A stretch of DNA of 64,000 bases, taken from NCBI GenBank assembly GCA_051294375.1, contig CM119263.1, forward strand, positions 17,632,628-17,696,627, in the 5' to 3' direction. Under the pieces are notes generated by a model, which was not told the DNA's origin, made no database searches, and was given only the letters and a program-made list of their open reading frames with translations. Numbering within the stretch: the first letter of the stretch is position 1; each line of letters begins with the position of its first letter. The translations under genes were made by a program, and so were the position numbers. Of this stretch, positions 50,701 to 63,604 are shown in pieces. This stretch comes from Paraspadella gotoi (taxonomy: Eukaryota; Animalia; Chaetognatha).

Positions 50701-53700
50701 GAAAAAAGCGCGGTATAAATGACGATAATAAAAGTTTTTAAAAAGAAAAAAATAATCAAAATTTTTTAAAAAACGATCACGCAAGAGATCGTACAGACAG
50801 AGAGAGAGACAGAAAGAGACAGAAAAAGATATAAAAAAATAGAGAGAGAAAGAGAGAGAAAGCTGGACAGCCACTGGAAGGCAGCTGTACAATCACTGCA
50901 GAGCCTGAACTCGTTTTTAAAGGGTTCAGAAATGGCAGCAACTGACAAAAATAAAAATAAAAATTTATATATAATTTAAAAAAAAAAAAAAATTACAATT
51001 GTTTACAATTAAAAATTGTCACAATTTTTTTCCAATCATAGCTTGTAAAAGATTTTATTTTTATTTGTATTAAATTTAAGTTATAGCTTTTCATTAAAAA
51101 GGTTTTTTGATTTTACATGTTTTTTATTGATTCAAAGATTTTTTTATGAATTTTATCTTCAATATTATTTACTGCAATATGTAAATTAGATTAAAGAATT
51201 TCTATATATTAATTTGGATACTATAATCTTATTTACATATTGCAGTAAAGCATAATGAAGTAGAAATTCAAACAAAAAATATTTGAATCCAAATGTAATA
51301 TGAAAATTTCAAAGCTATTTCAAGTCCCAGCCAAAACTATAAAAGCGTAGTAGTTTTTATATAAAAACAGCGTGACTACGTCACAAAAAAACTTACCCAA
51401 AACAATACCGAGCCTGAACCGGCTTCGCCGGTAGGCTCGATAAAAATAATTTTCGGACATTTCAACTTCAATGTAAGCCATCATCAGCCATCATCAAAAA
51501 AAAAAAAAAAAAAAAAAAAATCATCAGCACAAAAACGAATTGATTTGTGAAACAAATATTTTTACAGACTTTCTCTCTCTTTCTCTCTCTCTCTCTCCAA
51601 ACTTGAAAGTCTGTGAAAATATTTGTTTCACAAATCAATTCGATTTTTGCGCTAATGAATGTTTATATTGAAGCCGAAACATTCGAAATTTGTTTCTTAA
51701 TAAAACTCGTACGTAAACAAAAAAAGAAGGAAAGGAAAGGAAAAACAATATTTTTATGTTATACTTTTTAAACGGTTAGCAATTGGGTTAAGGTTGGTTA
51801 GGGATTAGGGGTGGTTAGGGATTTGTAATAAAAAGTTTTTCTACCTTTACCAGTGTCCTTTTTAGTAGTGAGATTTCTATACGTTGCTCATAATAAGTGA
51901 AAAAAAAAAATAACCAACTGCAAAATCCCTGTCGGCGAATGTAAATTATTTTTATAATTTTTTTTTTTAATAAAATGTTTTCAATAATTTTCCGATAAGA
52001 TTTTAGGGCTGACCGACAGACCGACAAAGTGAATTCGACATACAGATCCGACTGAAAGAATAAAAGACTGCATTAACCTGCATAAGCATAGTTATAGAGA
52101 AGAAATATGCACCGCACCGCTTTTCATTACAACTTCTTCCTCTGTGGCTGAGCAGTCTCGCCTTAGTAAGTTACCTACCTTCATTCCAGGTTCGATCCCC
52201 GGCGATTCATTTTTTTTTGTTATGATAGCCGTCGCTTATGGTTTCGAGGTCCAGATCTTCCGTTGCTTTCGTATCGCTAACGTTTGTTTTTTTTTATTTC
52301 ATAATTTTAAACGATTTTATCAATTTATAAATTAAATACGTCAATAAAATATGTTTTTAAATTACTGTTTTCTCTATAAAAACTTTTCAATGTCAAACAC
52401 CAGTTTAAATATTAGCTATTAATATAATTAATTAATATAATCCTAACAAGCACACAGTTTTTAGTCGGATCTGCTTATCAGCAGATTCCGACTCTATAAA
52501 CCACTTTGTCGGTCCGTCGGTCCCACCCCGTTAGCAAAAAACTCCTATTATTCTTGATTGGATGGATGGATTGGAATGAAATTTTGTGTGGGGAAGGGAA
52601 GTGTGTGATTGAGCTGTATATAAAGTTTCGATGAAATCGTGCCAGTGGAAATGAGTTAAGGTGGAAAAAACAAAAAAAAATCTATTACACTAGTTGAACG
52701 CCAATTAGTCATGAGTGGATGGGGCAATTGACTTGAAATTTTGTATGAGGGTAGGAAAGTGTATGGTTAAGCTGGAATCGTTTGAATGGAAATGAGTTAA
52801 AATGGAAAAAACATAAGTCATATTTACTAGAAATTTTTAACTAATTTTAACTCATAATTACTCGAATTAATCCTAATTGGATGAATAAATTTAGATGAAA
52901 TTTTGTGTGTGGTAGGAAAGTTTGTGATTGAGCAGATATGAAGTTTTGATGGAATCTAGGAGTGGAAATGTATTTGCATGAAAAAATCAAATGTCATTAT
53001 TATTATTATTATTATTGTTGTTATTTTTTATGCTTACTCATAAATATTTTAATTAATTAGTTAAATAATTAATTAAAGTGAAAAAATTATGAAATTTGAA
53101 AAAAAATTTAAAAAATGATGCAAGTTAAAAAATAATGGAAGTTTAAAAAATTATGCAAGATAAAAAAATTATGCAAGTTAAAAAAATTATGCAAGTAAAA
53201 TTTGAAAAAAAAGATTCAATTTAAAAAAATGATTCAAATTTAATAATTTAAAAAATGGAGCTAGTTTAAAAAATGATCCCAGTTTAAAAAATGATGCTCA
53301 CTGAAAAAATGATTTAACTTGAAAAAATGATGCAAAGTAAAAAAATGATGCGAGTTGAAAAAATGATGCAAAGTAAAAAAATGAGGCAAGTTAAAATAAT
53401 TTGAGATGATTAAAAAAAATATTTGTACTTTATTTGTAATTATTTCTACCATAGTAACAGTTCAGTTTAATTCGTTGCAAGCGATTTACATGCATTGAAA
53501 TGTAATGATCAGTTAGGATCACAAATTGAAAGAATTATCGGGATTTATCATCTGATTAGCTGATTACCGCTTAATTATCGTAGGCATATCTGACATTGTT
53601 TGCTCAAACTTGTTAGTTTAGCGTTGCGTCTATTATGCGAATTCATGTACATGTTGTGAGTTTTCGCTAAATTTTTACTTCTGAATTCCTATACTTTAGT

Positions 53701-56700
53701 GAAGGCGTATCTACCAGTAAAAGCATTGGAGTTGTGGGCGCTCCTATTTCAAAAGGACAAACCAAATCTGGCGTCGATAATGGACCAGACGTACTCAGGG
53801 AATTTGGCATACTTCGTAACTTGCAACGATTAGGATGGGACGTAACAGGTAACAGAAATCCCACAAAATATTTTAGTCTCTTATTAATAGTCTACGATTT
53901 CTTTAACTCTTAATATCAATATGTTTACGATATCACTTCTGATTAATTACATAAATTCACTAATATTTTATTCTGTAATAAAATCAGATTACGGAAATGT
54001 CGTTTTCAATTCCCTGGAAAACGATGTTCCGGTGGGAAACGTGCTCAGAGCCAAATCCGTGGGTCAGGCCACGAGTGCGATCGCCGACACCGTGGAGCGC
54101 GCTCTACTTGAAAACCACTTTTGTTTAACCCTCGGCGGCGATCACAGTTTAGCCATAGGCACCATATCAGGTGAATGACGTTATGGGATAGTCCATTTAC
54201 TCTACAAACAATTTCCTTCATATATTTTTTGTCAATCTGTCGGTCCGTTTTTTCGATGGAATTATTTACTGCACATACCCACTTACTATTTGGCCAAGGT
54301 CAATTCGAGTCACCTTAGTACGTAAATTTGTTGAGTTGAAAAACAAAAGTACAGGAATAACGTAGCATTTAACAATGTGCGATTTTTTAACAAAGTTTAA
54401 ACTTCTTATCAATTTCAACAAATCCGAGCTAGGTGCGGCGAGAGTTCATCATGATCTGTGTGTTTTGTGGGTCGATGCTCATGCAGATTTAAATACTCCA
54501 AAGACAACTGAATCCGGCAACCTTCATGGTATGCCTCTCTCATTTCTTTTGCACGAAATGAAAGAAAAGGTGAGCTTAGGAAATTTATTATTTGTCATAG
54601 AGAAAATATAAGTTGATTTATTTTAATCATATAGTTTGAAATCATTAAATTGTTCAGGGTTTATCACCGAAGGATTTGCCTAATTTTGAATGGGTCCATA
54701 CTTGTCTCGACGCAAAAAGCCTCGCATACATTGGCCTCAGAGATGTAGACCCCTTTGAAAAGCTTTTCTTGGAAAACCTGGGAATTAAGACAATTAGCAT
54801 CGACGACATAGAAAAATTTGGAATCGAAAGGTCAGTCATCATCTACATACTTCTAGTAAGGATGTTAAATTGTTAGTCCTGTTTATATTTTTCTTGTTTT
54901 AGAAGAACAGGACGGTAGGAAAAAGTTTCAGTAGGAATTAAAGTGAAAGTCAAGAGATGAGCAAAAGAAAGAAAAAGAAAAAGAAAGAAAAGATATACAA
55001 TTATACATACATACATATGTATTGTATGTTGACAGTTGTTTCGAGGATGCAATCAACGCCATTAACCCATTCAAGTCGCGACCGATGCATGTCAGTTTCG
55101 ATATCGACGCCCTCGACCCTAATTACGCCCCTTCTACAGGAACCCCCGTGAAAGATGGTTTGTGCTATTCTGAATACCAATATAATATCTATTCATTAAA
55201 TTTAACATTTTTAAAGCATTCTATTCCTTTACACCAGGTCTCACGATCAGAGAGAGTCTGTACATCGCTGAGCAGGTCGCGCTCAGGTACAATTAGTTAT
55301 TGGTTTACATTTAATTTATTTTTGCTTGGTTACCCAAAATCTAAAAAAAATATTTATATTTATTTATTCATTTATTTATTCAAATTGTTACTCATATTGT
55401 AAATTTCCACTAATGATGCTATCTATTATTTTTTCCTCATTGTTATTCAATAGCCTGAGAGAGAGAGAGAGAGTAAGAAGGAAACAAGAACAGTAATTCA
55501 AATGTGTTGCGCCGCAGTGACTGCCTTATCACGTATATTACTCGTGACATGACATTACGTAATATGACCTGACTGAATAACTACAATAACTTTCTTAGCC
55601 TGTGTATTTATGTCTTTTATTCTTTATAGTTTTCGGGATTCCTGAAGGCGGCGCTAGCAGTCACTTAGATTTAACGTTTTTTTCTGACTAACAAATAAAT
55701 AGGCAAATGGGCAAATTATAAGCGTTTTTCATGTAAGTGGGATAAACCAATGGACCGACAGACCGACCGAAAAGTGACTTATAGAGTTACTCCGCGAGTA
55801 CTCGCGGCGTAACTAAAAAAGGAGAAAGAAACAAAAATTAGGGTAAGTCTGGGTAATTCGGAACACTTAACATATAAAATGAAATAAAAAAATGGTACTA
55901 ATCTTTTATTATTTTTTTTTCGTGCATTAAGTATTTCAGCAACTTGACTTTCCATAATTAAAGTTACAGCATTCCGCTCCTGCTGCAGCAGCAATTTCAC
56001 AGTCACAGTCATATTGTACTTAATACTTAATACCATGATAGAAAAAAACTGTCGAGGTAACTTTCCAGATATTTTTTTGTATTTTAATGTAAGAATCGAA
56101 AAAAAAAATTAGATATCGAGAAACTTTGGCCTCTTGTGATTCATATGAGCTGTGTCTCATTTATCTATGACAAAAAATACAAGAGTTCCATGCAAAAGAA
56201 AATTAGTTGTCCAAAAAAATATTTCCTTCTTTTTTATCTTTTTTATTTTTAGATTTTTTTAAAAAAGCCCTGCTTTTGTAGTATCATGTTATATGGTTAT
56301 TGCATCATTTCTATTAGGATAGATTTAGGGATGAATATTAATTCATATCAAAAAATCTTAAAAGCATAAGGATTGTCGCAATAGCATAAGAAAAATGTGG
56401 ATTGACGACAAATTTTGATACTAAAAAAAATAAAATTTGAGAAAAGAAAATTAAATTATAAACAAAGAAAAATTCTATTTTGCGATTGTCAATAAAAAAA
56501 AATAATAAAGTATGGAAGAAAATGAAAGATACAGTTTCTGAAAAATAACAAAATGATAACTTGCACAAATGCGATGCTTAATTTTACGAGTTCAATCCTA
56601 ATTCAATTTTTTTTTTAATAAAAACGCAGAGAGAGAGAGAGAGAAAAGAAAGAAATCAAAAGGCAGCAGCAGAAACAGCAGGAGAAAAGAGAAAAAAAGA

Positions 56701-59700
56701 AAGAGCTACTGCAAAGCCAGCTGCAGGCTCGTTTTTTTCCCTATAATTATGAATCAGTGACTAGGGAAAAGAGAGAGGGAGAGAGACATGTAATTAAAAG
56801 AGAAAAGAGAGAGAAAGACATATGAAAATAAAAGAAAGAAAATTTGTTCGTTTTGATAAAACGTAAACAAAACATATTTAATAACTGTCCAGACTCAATT
56901 TTAAGCACATCGATGATGAGAAGCTGTATATAAATTTTCAGCTTCATACACCCAAATTTAATCATAAAAAAGGCGATCTATAATTTGGAACGCCGACGAA
57001 AACGACGCCACTTTTGCGCAAAAGCATTACAATATCGTCGCAAACGCTTAGCGATTGCGACGATAAAAAAGATGTTGTAGATGCTCCAGAATATTCTCTG
57101 TATATTATAAAGTATCAATATAAGTTATAAGGCTTTGGTAACTTTTCTATGATGTACAGAACCAGGTATCAAACTAGTAAAAAAAAATCACAAGATTTTG
57201 TTCAAGTGAAAGACAATGAATCATCACATTATGCAGCAACAACTCAAGCTTGGTTTACTTTATAGGGGATCAATCTTTTTCACTGCTTGCCAAGGACCCC
57301 AAATCTGATAAAAAATATTATGTCAGAAATATATTATTAACAATAATATGAAAATAATAAAAAAAGAGAAATATTTTTTTGGACAAATCATTTTGTTTTG
57401 CATGGAACTCTTGTATTTTTTGTCGTATATAAAAGAGACACAGCTCATATGAATCACAAGAGGCTAAAGTGTCTTTCTTACTTGTTTCTGAAGCCAATAT
57501 TAACCAAAAAGAGATGCTTCTCTCATAGAAAAGTCCACCAAACCAGCGATCACACAAAAAATAAGATTCCGAGATATCTAAAAAGTTTAAATAAGCTCTC
57601 AAGAGAACTAAAAAACCCAGTGACAACTTTGAGATCTGAAGATACCACGTGGGTAGAATTCGTTTAGAATCAAATCGAAATCTATCGAAATCACGGGACC
57701 AATCAGAATCAGCTGTACACTAGGGTGGAGTGATGAAAATATTGAGTGATTGAACATTATTTTTTTGCTGCCTATGGACATATAATTAATTAATTAAATC
57801 CTTTTAAAAATTTTTTTAGCATAACAGTATAGCAAATTCAATTATTTATGTAGTAATATCCTTAAAAATCGTTAAATTTCAAAATAATTTTTTTTTATTT
57901 TTAAGAACTGATTTGGATTCGCTGTAAAAAACTAAGAAACTTTTATAAAATATATATATGATATTTTAATGTTTAGATCACAAAAAATGACTAAAACGTT
58001 TTAACATATATAAGTTTCTACTACAGAGAATAAAAAAATCAGGAATTTTACCTTTTTTTCTATTTTAAACATTGAAGATGACAGAATTTTTGATAACATA
58101 TTTTATATTTTTGATTCAACTTTTTATGAAAGAATCTGAATCTTTATTAAAAGTTTTATAAACATTATTTTTAAAATTTATTATTTTATAAGGATATTAC
58201 TACAAATATATTATATTTTACTATTCTGTTCCCGAGTTAATATGAACGAAATATTTTTTGTACTAGTTAATCATACTATCTTACATCTAAATATCATTGT
58301 TCGATCATTCAAATAAATTTTTTGTTCTTGATGCTCCACTCTGAGATATGTCACTCCCAAATCCTCGCCCCGCGGGGCGGCTCTAGGGGCGCCCCAGGGG
58401 GCAGACTATTCCAGGGGGAGCAGCAAAATGGTCATTGAGGGGCGCCCCCTCTGGATTGCCTCAGGGGGCCGCCCCAGGGGGGTTCCCCCTGGGGCCAACA
58501 TTTTGGGTCTATTAGGGGCGCCCCTAATGCTTAGCCCCCTGGGGCAAAAAAAAGTCTGCCCCTGGGGGTAACCCCTTGGGGAGCAAAAAACTGCTCCCCC
58601 AGGGGCGAGTTAAAGAGAGAGCAAAGTTTAGATGAGAAAATATACTTTCTGACTATGTTATTATATCTGAGAATATTTCTCCTGTCTGTTACTCTCTCTT
58701 TCTCTCTCCCTTTTTCTTTTTCTCTCTCTCTTTTTCTCTCTCTCTTTTTCTCTCTCTCTTTTTCTCATTCACTCTTTCTTTTTTTTTCTCTCTCTCTGTT
58801 TTTCTCTCTCTATAGATCTTTTTTTTCTCTCTCTTTCAAGACTTGTTTTATTTTAACTGAATTAAATATACATATTTTTCAATTATTGTTAACTCATTTA
58901 TTTCATATTTATCTAAAAATTATAATTATTTGTATTTTTAACCCAATTATTTTATTTCAGTTAAAAAGATATAGAAACAAGTTTAGCAAACAATGTAAGA
59001 CGTAGCCACACAAATTTAGTGGTAAAAAGCTAATCAGTCATTTGTCTTCTTTTTTTGTCTTATTTTATCTTTCTTTTTTAATTTTTTTCCTTTTTTTTGT
59101 TGGATGGACATTAGGCCGAATAGGTTGAAACATAGAAGTCTCTCAAATAAATAATGATAAAGTGACTGTTAGAGAATATGAAAATAAAAATAATTTTAAA
59201 AAATTATCTTATTAATAAGCGCACGGAAGCATTTAAAGATTATTTTATTACTATATATAGTTAAAAAATTTTTTGGAATTTTTCAAATTTTTTTTAATGG
59301 ATTCTGATAGAGCTTTAAAAGTTAGATAAAGGTTATTAATACAAATTTTTAAAATTTTTTTGTTTTATTGATAAAAATTTTAAAAAACTATAAAATTTAG
59401 CCAATGATGATGATGATGATGATTTTTTAACGTTTTTTTGTTTTTTAACCAATTTCTTGTCAAAATTTTCAAAAAATTGTAGTACTAACTTTCATTTAAC
59501 TTTTCAAGCTCTATAGGAATCCGTTCTTAAAAACTAATTTTTTTTAAAAAAAATTTTTGTCATTTGTTATATATTAATAAATATTTAAAAGCTTCAGTGC
59601 AACAATCCAATGAACTAATTCAAAAAGTTGCATTGAAAATCGATTTAGTAATAGAAGGAAAAAAGGAATTTTTTTGAGAGAATTAAAAGTTATAAAAAGT

Positions 59701-62239
59701 GTTCAATTTTGGCCCGCCTTAATGGACATACTGATAGACTGATAGAGAGACATAATTTTTTTAAAAATATTCATATATTGATGTTTAAAAAAGAAATTAA
59801 ATAAATCACCAAACAAATAATGGGCAGTGACTGACAGACCTACTTAGTGAATTATGGAGCCCCCCTAAAAAAACAATAAAAACTATTCATCAACATTAAA
59901 CGAGTTCTACATCGTAAAATAAATTTTATTTTATTTAAGATTTGTAATTAATAATCGTCAGTTTGTAGATTGCTTAAGATGAACTCACGTTGTAAGTAGA
60001 GGCTGACGATTTGAGAGAGAGAGTGAGCAAAACTTTATATCTAGCTCAATCATATACTTTTCTACCCACACACAAAATTTTATTCCAATCCATCTATTTA
60101 ATCACGAATAATGGAGTTTAATGCTAATATGGGATGGACTTAAAGACTGATATTAATTAATTAATCAATTAAATATTTTTTAATTAATTATTTTTTATAA
60201 GTGAATTAAAAATAAAAACCATCCTACTCTTTATTCTATAAAAATTATTAAGATAAAATTTTGTGTGTGGGTAGAAAAATGAAAGTGAGTTTTAATGGAA
60301 AAACAAAAGTTACTTTTACTTGAACATTATTAAAAAATTTTTTGCACTCTATTTCTCTCTTCGTTTTTTTTATTTCTATCGGATAAAATTATTAATTAGC
60401 TAATTGTTAAGTTGATTGTTGACCAAATTATCCAAGTTGCCCAAATTATCTAAGTTGACCAAATTATGCAAGTTGACCAAATTATGACTGTTGACTAAAT
60501 TAAGCAAATTAACCAATTTATACCAGTTGACCAATTTATGCCAATTGACAAATCTATGAAATTGACCAAATTATGCAAGTTGACCAAATTATGCGAGTTG
60601 ATTTAATTATGCAAATTGATTAAATTATGAAAGTTTACCAAATATGAAAGTTTACCAAATTATTAAAGTTTACCAAATTATTAAAGTTTACCAAATTATA
60701 AAAGTTTAGCCAATTATGAAGGTTAACCAAATTAAGCAAGTTAACTAAATTAAATAAAAAATTACCAAATTATGAAAGTTTACCAAATTATAAAAAGTTT
60801 ACCAAATTTTAAAAGTTGATTAAATTATATCAGTTGACCAATTTATGTCAGTTGACCAAATTATGTCAATTGACTAAATTATGCAAGGTGACCAAATTAT
60901 GCAAGTTGGTATTGTACAGCTATTGGTTCATTGATGATTAATTGAAGTGAAAAATATATTTTTTTTTTATATTTTATTGTAATGAAAGATGAAAATAGAA
61001 AATAGATAGAGAAAGAGAGAGAGAGAGAGGGAGAGAAAGAGAGAGTAGAGGGAGAGAGAGAGAAGAGGGAGAGAGAGCCGTTCCAGGGGGCAGGAAAATC
61101 CATCCCCCTGGGGTAGCCCCTGGGGATTCCCCCTGGAGTGGCCCTTGGGGCTCCAAAAAAGAGGCTACAGGGGGCCGCCCCTAGGCGGTAAGGATTTGCC
61201 TGCCCCTGGGGCCGCCCCGCGGAGCCACCCCGCGGGGCCGCCCCAGCACCGCCCCCGGGGGAAGCGATTCTGAAGGATGACATTCTTGTCCACTCTACTG
61301 TACACTGCCTTCGGAAATCTGTACTTAGGTATAAACAAAAGAGAGCCTAAAGATGTCGTGGCGATCGCTAGAACGGAGGCATTTTCGATGTCAGTAATAA
61401 AGAACAAAAGAGCATTGGGAGAAAAGGTAGAGAAGCTGGATTTCCTCGTAATATAAAAGAGTTATTTCGTAACAACCCTGTAGAAATAAATATAATTTTA
61501 CCCACTTAAGAATATAAGATTAAAAATTTGTATGCATAAAACATTAATGAAAGACTCTATGCTCTTAATAAAAGTGTTTAAGTTATTATTTTCTGTATTT
61601 ACTATGCGAAAAATTTGAATACTTCCAAAAGTGTTCCGAATTACCCCCGCACTACCCTATTCTTCCTGAGTGTCACTTCACACAAAATGTAACCATGGAA
61701 ACGTAAGACAAAGACCTAAAAAATAGAAAAAACACGATCGGTGGCTAATCCAATGTGTTGCACGTGATTATCCCTTTGATCATACATGACATGACTAAAA
61801 AACTTTGTATATATGACATGCTCTTTATAGTTTTATTAGTCACTTAGATTTGAGGTTTTTTCCTGTCTTAACAAATGAGCAACCAACTATAGGCGAATTA
61901 TATGCATTTTGGACAGACAGACATACCGACGGACCCACCGAACTACGCAACTAAAAAGAGAGCGTCTCTCATCATGGAATAATGCTAAGCGCTTGCAGCG
62001 TCAAGAGAGAATTTACAACATTTACTAAAATATTTCTCAGCGGATGCCTCCGGTCATTGGATATGGTTGAAGTCAACATAAACCTCGGACAGTCTTGCGA
62101 CGCGGAAAAAACATTGTTGGTCGCCGCATCAGTGGTTCAAAACCATTTACAGTCTTTGCAAATGGGTTCTCTTAGGATCATCGATCCAACAAACATCACT
62201 CGTCTTGCATCGGAAAATCTTAAAATCATTTCTCCATGA
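47747..62239 (+). CDS. arg: Arginase with mitochondrial-type presequence, 8 coding exons
   Basis: Phase-consistent exons 47747-47835, 53700-53848, 53988-54170, 54433-54569, 54658-54830, 55036-55157, 55238-55286, 62041-62239. Motifs [71 protein letters not shown] at 62290. Confidence 0.93.
49414..49971. mobile_element. MITE family, second copy at 57723-58341
   Basis: TA-GGGTGGAGTGATGAAAA...GCTCCACTC-TA; the two copies align along their length. Confidence 0.75.
50278..50572. repeat. Minisatellite, 21-22 bp unit TGATGCGATGATAACCAAATGAT-like
   Basis: More than ten tandem degenerate units, with a unit variant switch near 50485. Confidence 0.9.
52139..52220 (+). pseudogene. Degenerate tRNA-derived (SINE-head-like) sequence
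   Basis: Box A-like TGGCTGAGCAGT, box B GGTTCGATCCC and a T-run; no proper cloverleaf. Confidence 0.5.
58349..61281. mobile_element. Putative DNA transposon remnant with GC-rich ends made of CCCCWGGGG palindromes
   Basis: Two very GC-rich blocks (58350-58610, 61080-61265) of repeated CCCCAGGGG/CCCCTGGGG, bounded by ATGTCA...TGACAT. Confidence 0.5.
60415..60908. repeat. 18-bp minisatellite (GTTGACCAAATTATGCAA) inside HINE family A
   Basis: Roughly 25 tandem units; shorter or diverged arrays at 24795-24890 and 53090-53395. Confidence 0.9.
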
Positions 62240-62508
62240 CGTTACTCTACAGTGATTTTCCACCAAAAAATACGAATATACTTGTGCCAAATAAAATTTA
62301 TGTGCAAATGCAACAAACTTTACTGATATTATAAGGGTAGCACTACAGAGTTCGGACTTGAATCTTACCCCCTTAATTGATCCTCACCCATGCACGATTG
62401 TTTTGTAAAATTGTTTTATTTTTTATAGCATAAGAATCGTTAAGGATTTTTTTATCTTTTGGATTAGCAAAGTTTTTCGAATTTTTTACAACGATTTTTA
62501 TTTGTAAA

Positions 62509-62554
62509 AAGCAGACATGTTTCGGCTCATAATTTCGAGCCTTCATCAGCGCTT
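62509..62554 (-). ncRNA. Minimal type I hammerhead ribozyme, intact
   Basis: Minus strand AAGCG-CTGATGA-A-GGCTC-GAAATTAT-GAGCC-GAAA-CATG-TC-TGCTT: 5-bp stem I, 5-bp stem II, palindromic helix III, GUC site; followed by AATAAA and TCGTTG as in other copies. Confidence 0.85.
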
Positions 62555-62675
62555 GATATTTGTGAATTGGAATACAATTTGTGAGTTAAAGAAAGAGAGA
62601 AAGAGAGAGAGAGAGAAAGGGAGAGAGAGACAGAAGAAGAGCAAGGTTAAAGTTTCCAACAAAGAACTGAGAAAG

Positions 62676-63604
62676 TGTCGGGAAGAAACTTTCGTGAAGA
62701 TTCATCATCGGACTTTTATTCATTTGGATATTAATTCATTAACAAATAAAACGTTTCACCACATGTCTATTCATTTATTATTCATTGATTGATATTTGTT
62801 ATTCAATGTCTTTCCTTTCCAGCTATCATGAGTTATTAATGATTATAGGAGAGGTGTTGGGTTACTGATAGGTTATGTGGTTCTTGATCATTGTGTTTCT
62901 CTTCTGATCTATTACAGAAAAAAAAAAACAAAAAAAACAAAAAAAACAAAAAAACAAAAACATAAGTTATAATCCGGCTCGTCTTGCTCACAGTAATGTT
63001 TCTTTCAAGCTCAAATGAAGGTCAGCCTTGGCCTTGCTCCTGATATAAGTGGCGACCACTATTCGTGCCAATCTTATCAATTTTAATTTTTTATAAATTT
63101 GGCCACAAATCTACGATGCATATTTATACGTTCCGAAGTCTTGGATGCCAACAAATTTTGTCCATGTTAATAAATTAGGCTTGGAGCGTGCTTAGGACGC
63201 CTCCACCGATATAATCTTTATCTTCATGATATAACAATACCTATTGTCTAATATCTATCCTATGGCCGTTGCCAGAATTTAGAGGGCGACCATTTTTGTT
63301 CGCACTCCCTCAAAGACCTCTGGGATTGATCGGGACGATCAATCATAGAAAAGGGTGAATGATGTCGGGAAGAAACTTTCGTGAAGATTCATCATCGGAC
63401 TTTTATTCATTTGGATATTAATTCATTAACAAATAAAACGTTTCACCACGTGTCTATTCATTTATTATTCATTGATTGATATTTGTTATTCAATGTCTTT
63501 CCTTTCCAGCTATCATGAGTTATTAATGATTATAGGAGAGGTGTTGGGTTACTGATAGGTTATGTGGTTCTTGATCATTGTGTTTCTCTTCTGATCTATT
63601 ACAG
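62676..63604 (+). mobile_element. Young non-autonomous mini LTR retroelement (TRIM-like, Gypsy-type signals)
   Basis: Direct repeats 62676-62917 and 63363-63604 differ at one base; both start TG. PBS-like TGGCGACCAC at 63050; hairpin GATTGATCG-GGA-CGATCAATC and purine tract AGAAAAGGGTGAATGA just before the second repeat; no ORF. Confidence 0.8.

Larger units (their letters stand above)
55841..61657 (-). mobile_element. Same TIR family as 8283-8973, expanded to 5.8 kb by nested insertions, in the last arginase intron
   Basis: TA-GGGTAAGTCTGGGTAATTCGGAACAC...GTGTTCCGAATTACCCCCGCACTACCC-TA; both subterminal regions match the 8283 copy in reverse. Confidence 0.75.

Noticed and set aside
61165-61480. 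Transposase remnant inside the 55841-61657 element
   Set aside because: No recognisable HTH or DDE motif in the frames inspected.
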